Shown here: positions 28,494 to 32,000 of the stretch, piece after piece
Numbering within the stretch: the stretch's first letter is position 1
How the letters are laid out: every line of letters starts with the position of its first letter
Source: Vibrio vulnificus CMCP6
GTDB lineage: Bacteria; Pseudomonadota; Gammaproteobacteria; Enterobacterales; Vibrionaceae
Direction: 5' to 3'
Assembly (NCBI RefSeq): GCF_000039765.1
Contig: NC_004459.3
Coordinates: 810,001-842,000, forward strand
DNA length: 32,000 nucleotides
Notes under the pieces: generated by a model
Seen by the model: the letters and a program-made list of their open reading frames with translations, nothing else
What the model was told of the DNA's origin: nothing
The model's database searches: none
Position numbers and translations under genes: made by a program

Positions 28494-28523
28494 TTAGGTT
28501 CTAGGTTGCTAGGGACTAGAAGC
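28494..28523. repeat. Degenerate CTAG heptamer-family tract (TTAGG TTCTAGG TTGCTAGG GACTAGAAGC) starting immediately after the lpxL stop codon
   Basis: Direct reading. It includes one exact TTCTAGG (28499-28505), identical to the unit of the 21917-22056 array. Confidence 0.85.
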
Positions 28524-28527
28524 CTAT

Positions 28528-28663
28528 ATAACTAGATAACTAGATAGCTAGATAACTAGATAACTAGATAACTAGATAACTAGATAACTAGATAACTAGA
28601 TAACTAGATAACTAGATAACTAGATAACTAGATAACTAGATAACTAGATAACTAGATAACTAG
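28528..28663. repeat. Octanucleotide tandem array (ATAACTAG)x17 with one variant unit
   Basis: Direct reading finds 136 bp and 17 units. Unit 3 (28544-28551) is ATAGCTAG and the others are identical. It is followed by ATTCTAGG, which contains an exact TTCTAGG at 28665-28671. Confidence 0.98.
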
Positions 28664-28689
28664 ATTCTAGGAGCTGCTTTTCCTAGAAT
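28664..28689 (-). terminator. CTAG-containing hairpin (9-bp stem) between the octamer array and the pyrE stop; possible pyrE terminator
   Basis: ATTCTAGGA (28664-28672) pairs with TCCTAGAAT (28681-28689) around an 8-nt loop, 17 nt downstream of the pyrE stop on the minus strand. No clean T-tract follows; the next sequence is CTAGTTATCTAGTTATC, from the array. Confidence 0.3.
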
Positions 28690-28706
28690 CTAGCCCCTGC
28701 CTTTAC

Positions 28707-29348
28707 TTAGATCCCGTATTGGGCGCGATACGCTTTCACCGCATCAAGATGCTCGGCTGCATCGCCTTTCTCTTCCAAGAAAGTGATCAAATCCGACAAG
28801 CTAACGATAGAAATCACTGCACAAGCGAAATCACGTTCAACTTCCTGAATCGCCGACAGCTCACCCTTACCTTTTTCTTGGCGGTCAATCGCCACCAATA
28901 CGCCAGCCAGATCGGCACCATTGGCTTGGATGATTTCCATAGATTCGCGAATCGCTGTGCCCGCAGTGATCACGTCGTCCACCAGCATAATGCGCCCTTC
29001 TAGCGCAGAGCCAACCAAGTTACCGCCTTCGCCGTGATCTTTGGCTTCTTTACGGTTGAAGCAGTAAGGCGTGTCGATATCGTGGTGATCGGCAAGTGCA
29101 ACCGCTGTCGTAGTCGCGATTGGGATACCTTTGTATGCAGGGCCAAAGAGTACGTCGAACTCAATGCCAGAATCCGCTAACGCCGCCGCATAAAAACGAC
29201 CTAGGCGTGCCAAGTCACGACCTGTATTGAAAAGACCAGCGTTAAAGAAATATGGGCTTTTACGGCCAGATTTCAACGTAAACTCGCCAAACTTAAGGAC
29301 TTGTTTCTCTAGTGCAAACTCAATAAATTCACGCTGGTATGCTTTCAT
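28707..29348 (-). CDS. pyrE: Orotate phosphoribosyltransferase
   Basis: 213 aa. It has [40 protein letters not shown] and the PRPP-binding motif [21 protein letters not shown] lies upstream. Confidence 0.95.
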   Translation of the reverse strand: MKAYQREFIEFALEKQVLKFGEFTLKSGRKSPYFFNAGLFNTGRDLARLGRFYAAALADSGIEFDVLFGPAYKGIPIATTTAVALADHHDIDTPYCFNRKEAKDHGEGGNLVGSALEGRIMLVDDVITAGTAIRESMEIIQANGADLAGVLVAIDRQEKGKGELSAIQEVERDFACAVISIVSLSDLITFLEEKGDAAEHLDAVKAYRAQYGI

Positions 29349-29367
29349 TACTTTCTCCGTCTATAAG

Positions 29368-29407
29368 TTTCTAGTTCCTAGCTTCTAGTCCCTAGAAAGA
29401 TAACTAA
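29368..29407. repeat. Degenerate CTAG array in the pyrE 5' leader: four 7-bp units plus one octamer-like unit
   Basis: The units are TTTCTAG TTCCTAG CTTCTAG TCCCTAG (29368-29395), with CTAG at exactly 7-bp spacing: 29371, 29378, 29385, 29392. ATAACTAA (29400-29407) is one mismatch from ATAACTAG. The tract ends 20 nt upstream of the pyrE ATG. Confidence 0.85.
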
Positions 29408-29535
29408 AACTATAAAAGTGTTTTCAAAATAGATGTCTTTACGCGAGGCAGCGAGACTTTTCAGCGCCTGAGCAGAGTGCGCTATGTGATGGCGTGAAAA
29501 GTTAAAGCGAACAACGCGGCTCAGTTCTCTATACA

Positions 29536-29569
29536 GAAAACAAAAAAATAGCCCCCAAATGGGAGCTAT
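29536..29569 (-). terminator. rph-pyrE intercistronic intrinsic terminator (candidate pyrE attenuator)
   Basis: The minus strand reads ATAGCTCCC-ATTT-GGGGGCTAT, a 9-bp stem including one G-U pair, followed by TTTTTTGTTTTCTG. The hairpin begins 5 nt after the rph TGA stop codon. Confidence 0.8.
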
Positions 29570-29574
29570 CTAAA

Positions 29575-30291
29575 TCAATTGGCTAACGCCGCCTTCTGCG
29601 CGGCGACGATCTCGCTAATGCCCTTTTTGGCCGACTCTAGCAGAGCCAGCAATTGTTCATGGCTAAATGGTTCGCCTTCTGCAGTGCCTTGGATTTCGAT
29701 CATCTTGCCTTCTTCCGTCATCACCACGTTCATGTCGGTATCAGCCGCCGAATCTTCCACGTATTCCAAATCGCACAGTACATCTTCACCCAAAATGCCG
29801 ACTGAAACCGCGGCCACATGGCCTTTCATTGGGTTTGCTTTTAGCTTGCCACTGTCAACAAGGTGTTGGAATGCATCCGCCATCGCCACGCTAGCGCCAC
29901 TGATTGACGCGGTGCGCGTACCGCCATCGGCTTGGATCACATCACAGTCAACGGTGATCATAAACTCGCCCATCGCTTCCAAATCCACGACTGCGCGCAG
30001 GCTACGTGCGATCAAACGTTGAATTTCCATGGTACGACCGCCTTGCTTGCCATTGGCCGCTTCACGACGAGTACGTGAATGAGTTGCGCGTGGCAGCATG
30101 CCATATTCCGCCGTCACCCAGCCTTTACCTTGGCCTTTTAGCCAACGAGGCACCGATTCTTCCACGGTCGCATTACACAGCACCTTGGTATTACCAAACT
30201 CAACCAGCACGGAACCTTCCGCATAAGCCGTGTAGTTACGAGTAATTTTAATTGGGCGCACTTGGTCTGCCGCGCGATCATTTGGACGCAT
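29575..30291 (-). CDS. rph: Ribonuclease PH
   Basis: [39 protein letters not shown] and [15 protein letters not shown] are canonical RNase PH. The 21-codon track extension to 30354 is unsupported. Confidence 0.95.
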   Translation of the reverse strand: MRPNDRAADQVRPIKITRNYTAYAEGSVLVEFGNTKVLCNATVEESVPRWLKGQGKGWVTAEYGMLPRATHSRTRREAANGKQGGRTMEIQRLIARSLRAVVDLEAMGEFMITVDCDVIQADGGTRTASISGASVAMADAFQHLVDSGKLKANPMKGHVAAVSVGILGEDVLCDLEYVEDSAADTDMNVVMTEEGKMIEIQGTAEGEPFSHEQLLALLESAKKGISEIVAAQKAALAN

Positions 30292-30483
30292 GGATGAATA
30301 CCTTTTCTGGGGATCGATTTGATTGGGGGTGAAGTATAGCGGAAACCACCGCAAGGCACTAGGGAAAGGCTCACGGTTTTTAGCTCACAGTTTTAGCAAC
30401 AATGCTTCACGCCTAGCCGCAACGCCATTCTGTGCTACTATTGCCAAGCGTTATTTTCAAAGATGATAAAACAGGAAAATTCG

Positions 30484-31350
30484 ATGATTTACAGCATGAC
30501 CGCATACGCGCGCAAAGAGATCAAAGCCGATTGGGGCAGCGCGGTATGGGAAATCCGCAGTGTTAACCAACGCTACCTAGAAACTTACTTCCGTATGCCA
30601 GAGCAGTTCCGTGGTCTAGAACCCGTGCTGCGTGAGCGTTTCCGCCAGCGCCTTGCTCGCGGCAAAGTCGAGTGCAGCCTAAGATTTGAAGCCAACCCAG
30701 CGGCGCGCAGCGAACTGACGATCAATGAGACCTTAGCGAGCCAAGTAATTGGTGCCGCAAAGCAAATCATGCAGCTCACTGGTGAAGATAGCCGCATCAA
30801 CCCATTCCAAGTGATGCAGTGGCCTGGTGTGATGGAAACGCCAGAGCAAGATATGGACGCCATTAATCAGCAATTGTTGGCCGCTTTTGACCAAGCACTT
30901 AACGAGTTTATCGAAGCGCGCGGCCGTGAAGGCGACAACATGAAAGCCTTGATTGAGCAGCGCCTAACAGCCATCACCGCGGAAGTGGTGAAAGTACGCG
31001 CCCGCATGCCAGAAATCATTGAGTGGCAGCGTGAGCGTCTGTTCTCGAAATTCGAAGAAGCCAAGGTGGAACTGGATGCTTCTCGCGTAGAGCAAGAGCT
31101 GATCATTTTGGCGCAGAAATCGGATGTGGCAGAAGAGCTGGATCGCCTCGATTCTCACGTTAAAGAAACCACCAACATTTTGAAAAAAGGCGGCGCCGTT
31201 GGCCGTCGTTTGGATTTCATGATGCAAGAGTTCAACCGTGAATCCAACACACTCGCTTCAAAATCGATCGCCACTGACATCACCGCTTCAGGTGTTGAGC
31301 TTAAAGTGCTGATTGAACAAATGCGTGAGCAGATCCAAAATATCGAGTAA
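30484..31350 (+). CDS. yicC: YicC-family stress-induced protein (endoribonuclease family)
   Basis: MIYSMTAYARKEIKADWGSAVWEIRSVNQRYLETYFRMPEQFR aligns with the E. coli YicC N-terminus. The conserved C-terminus is GRRLDFMMQEFNRESNTLASKS. An AGGA SD precedes the ATG at 30484; the track start at 30463 adds 7 codons. Confidence 0.9.
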   Translation: MIYSMTAYARKEIKADWGSAVWEIRSVNQRYLETYFRMPEQFRGLEPVLRERFRQRLARGKVECSLRFEANPAARSELTINETLASQVIGAAKQIMQLTGEDSRINPFQVMQWPGVMETPEQDMDAINQQLLAAFDQALNEFIEARGREGDNMKALIEQRLTAITAEVVKVRARMPEIIEWQRERLFSKFEEAKVELDASRVEQELIILAQKSDVAEELDRLDSHVKETTNILKKGGAVGRRLDFMMQEFNRESNTLASKSIATDITASGVELKVLIEQMREQIQNIE

Positions 31351-31374
31351 CTTCTGACTCAATAACGATTTGAT

Positions 31375-31402
31375 AAAGCCCCGAGATTCGGGGCTTTGTT
31401 TT
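31375..31402 (+). terminator. Rho-independent terminator of yicC
   Basis: GCCCCGA-GAT-TCGGGGC is a 7-bp GC-rich stem with flanking A/T extension, followed by TTTGTTTTGGG, about 25 nt after the yicC stop. Confidence 0.8.
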
Positions 31403-31417
31403 GGGTAACGTTCTCGT

Positions 31418-32000
31418 CTAAACGTTCAGCTCCTTCATACATCGCTCGCACAGCACTGGCTTTGACTTAATGCGCTTGCGGCCAAAACGAGCCCAAAACT
31501 GAGGTTCTGCTTTGGTCACAAAAATCCCACCGAGTAGTGGCAACAACAAAACCACCGAGGTCGAGGAAATACTGTTGCCTGACATCCAAGTAGAAAGACT
31601 CAGTGCGATCAACGGGAAAAACAAGAAACAAATCGAAGCGGTAAAGGGCGTTGAAACCTGGCCCAGTTTGAAATAGGCCACAATGCCACCCACGCTGGCA
31701 AAGACCCCCAAGTAAATGACAGATAACATCGACACTTGAGAGAAGACTGAAAACGCCGGCTTTTCAATTATCCAAGATGCCGTCAACAACAGCATGGATG
31801 CCATCAAACTCGGCAGCGCGTTGTACGTCAACACTGGAATGTCTTGGCAATACTTCTGCACGCACACATACATCACGGCATGAATGGCAACTGCGCCACC
31901 AAGCGCAAGAAAACCAAGTAGATAGTCGTCTCCGCCCAGACTCATCTCTTTCGCCAAAATCAGGACCAAACTGAGTACGGCGATCAACAGCCCAGCCGTT
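31418..32000 (-). CDS. EamA/DMT-superfamily transporter; partial, 5' end beyond the right window edge
   Basis: It is hydrophobic and multi-TM (about 5 helices visible) with the look of an EamA-type second repeat. The track 'start' at 31987 is a TTG. The frame stays open to position 32000, so the gene probably begins outside the window. Confidence 0.5.
   Translation of the reverse strand, partial: TAGLLIAVLSLVLILAKEMSLGGDDYLLGFLALGGAVAIHAVMYVCVQKYCQDIPVLTYNALPSLMASMLLLTASWIIEKPAFSVFSQVSMLSVIYLGVFASVGGIVAYFKLGQVSTPFTASICFLFFPLIALSLSTWMSGNSISSTSVVLLLPLLGGIFVTKAEPQFWARFGRKRIKSKPVLCERCMKELNV

Noticed and set aside
28719-31227. Shadow ORFs within pyrE, rph and yicC (28719-29003, 29579-30022, 29667-29894, 30006-30245, 30138-30374, 30585-30863, 30867-31106, 30964-31227), plus 31777-31974 within the EamA gene
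   Set aside because: They overlap unambiguous housekeeping genes and have no independent support.

Overview
Vibrio-like gammaproteobacterial chromosome segment; the species is not determinable from this window. The right two thirds follow the backbone order known from E. coli near its waa locus: yicC, rph, pyrE, slmA, coaBC(dfp), radC, rpmBG, mutM, coaD. Differences from E. coli are that no dut lies between coaBC and slmA, an lpxL-family acyltransferase sits between slmA and pyrE, a Cache-domain MCP sits between coaBC and radC, a small membrane protein sits between rpmG and mutM, and an LtaS-like sulfatase-fold protein sits between mutM and coaD. Left of coaD is an LPS core (waa/wav-like) block with two GT9 heptosyltransferase-family genes, a WaaE/KdtX-like GT2, dgkA, kdkA and a YejM/PbgA-like protein. 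The left ~10.6 kb is an 11-gene minus-strand operon with overlapping or near-abutting genes for a legionaminic-acid-type nonulosonic sugar. It carries non-canonical tailoring genes (a FemAB-like acyltransferase, a divergent DegT-like protein, a GNAT and two Gfo/Idh/MocA oxidoreductases). It faces a divergently transcribed AT-rich GT52-like (sialyltransferase-like) gene. The most unusual non-coding signals are three related CTAG-based repeat loci: (TTCTAGG)x20 at 21917-22056, (ATAACTAG)x17 at 28528-28663 flanked by exact TTCTAGG copies, and a degenerate 7-bp array in the pyrE leader. pyrE is bracketed by a perfect 15-bp inverted repeat. A 20-bp unit is triplicated exactly at the dgkA stop / kdkA start junction and creates two 7-codon mini-ORFs. 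Two genes missing from the ORF track were recovered by hand: rpmG and a partial oxidoreductase at the left edge. No rRNA, tRNA, CRISPR, transposase or integrase was seen.
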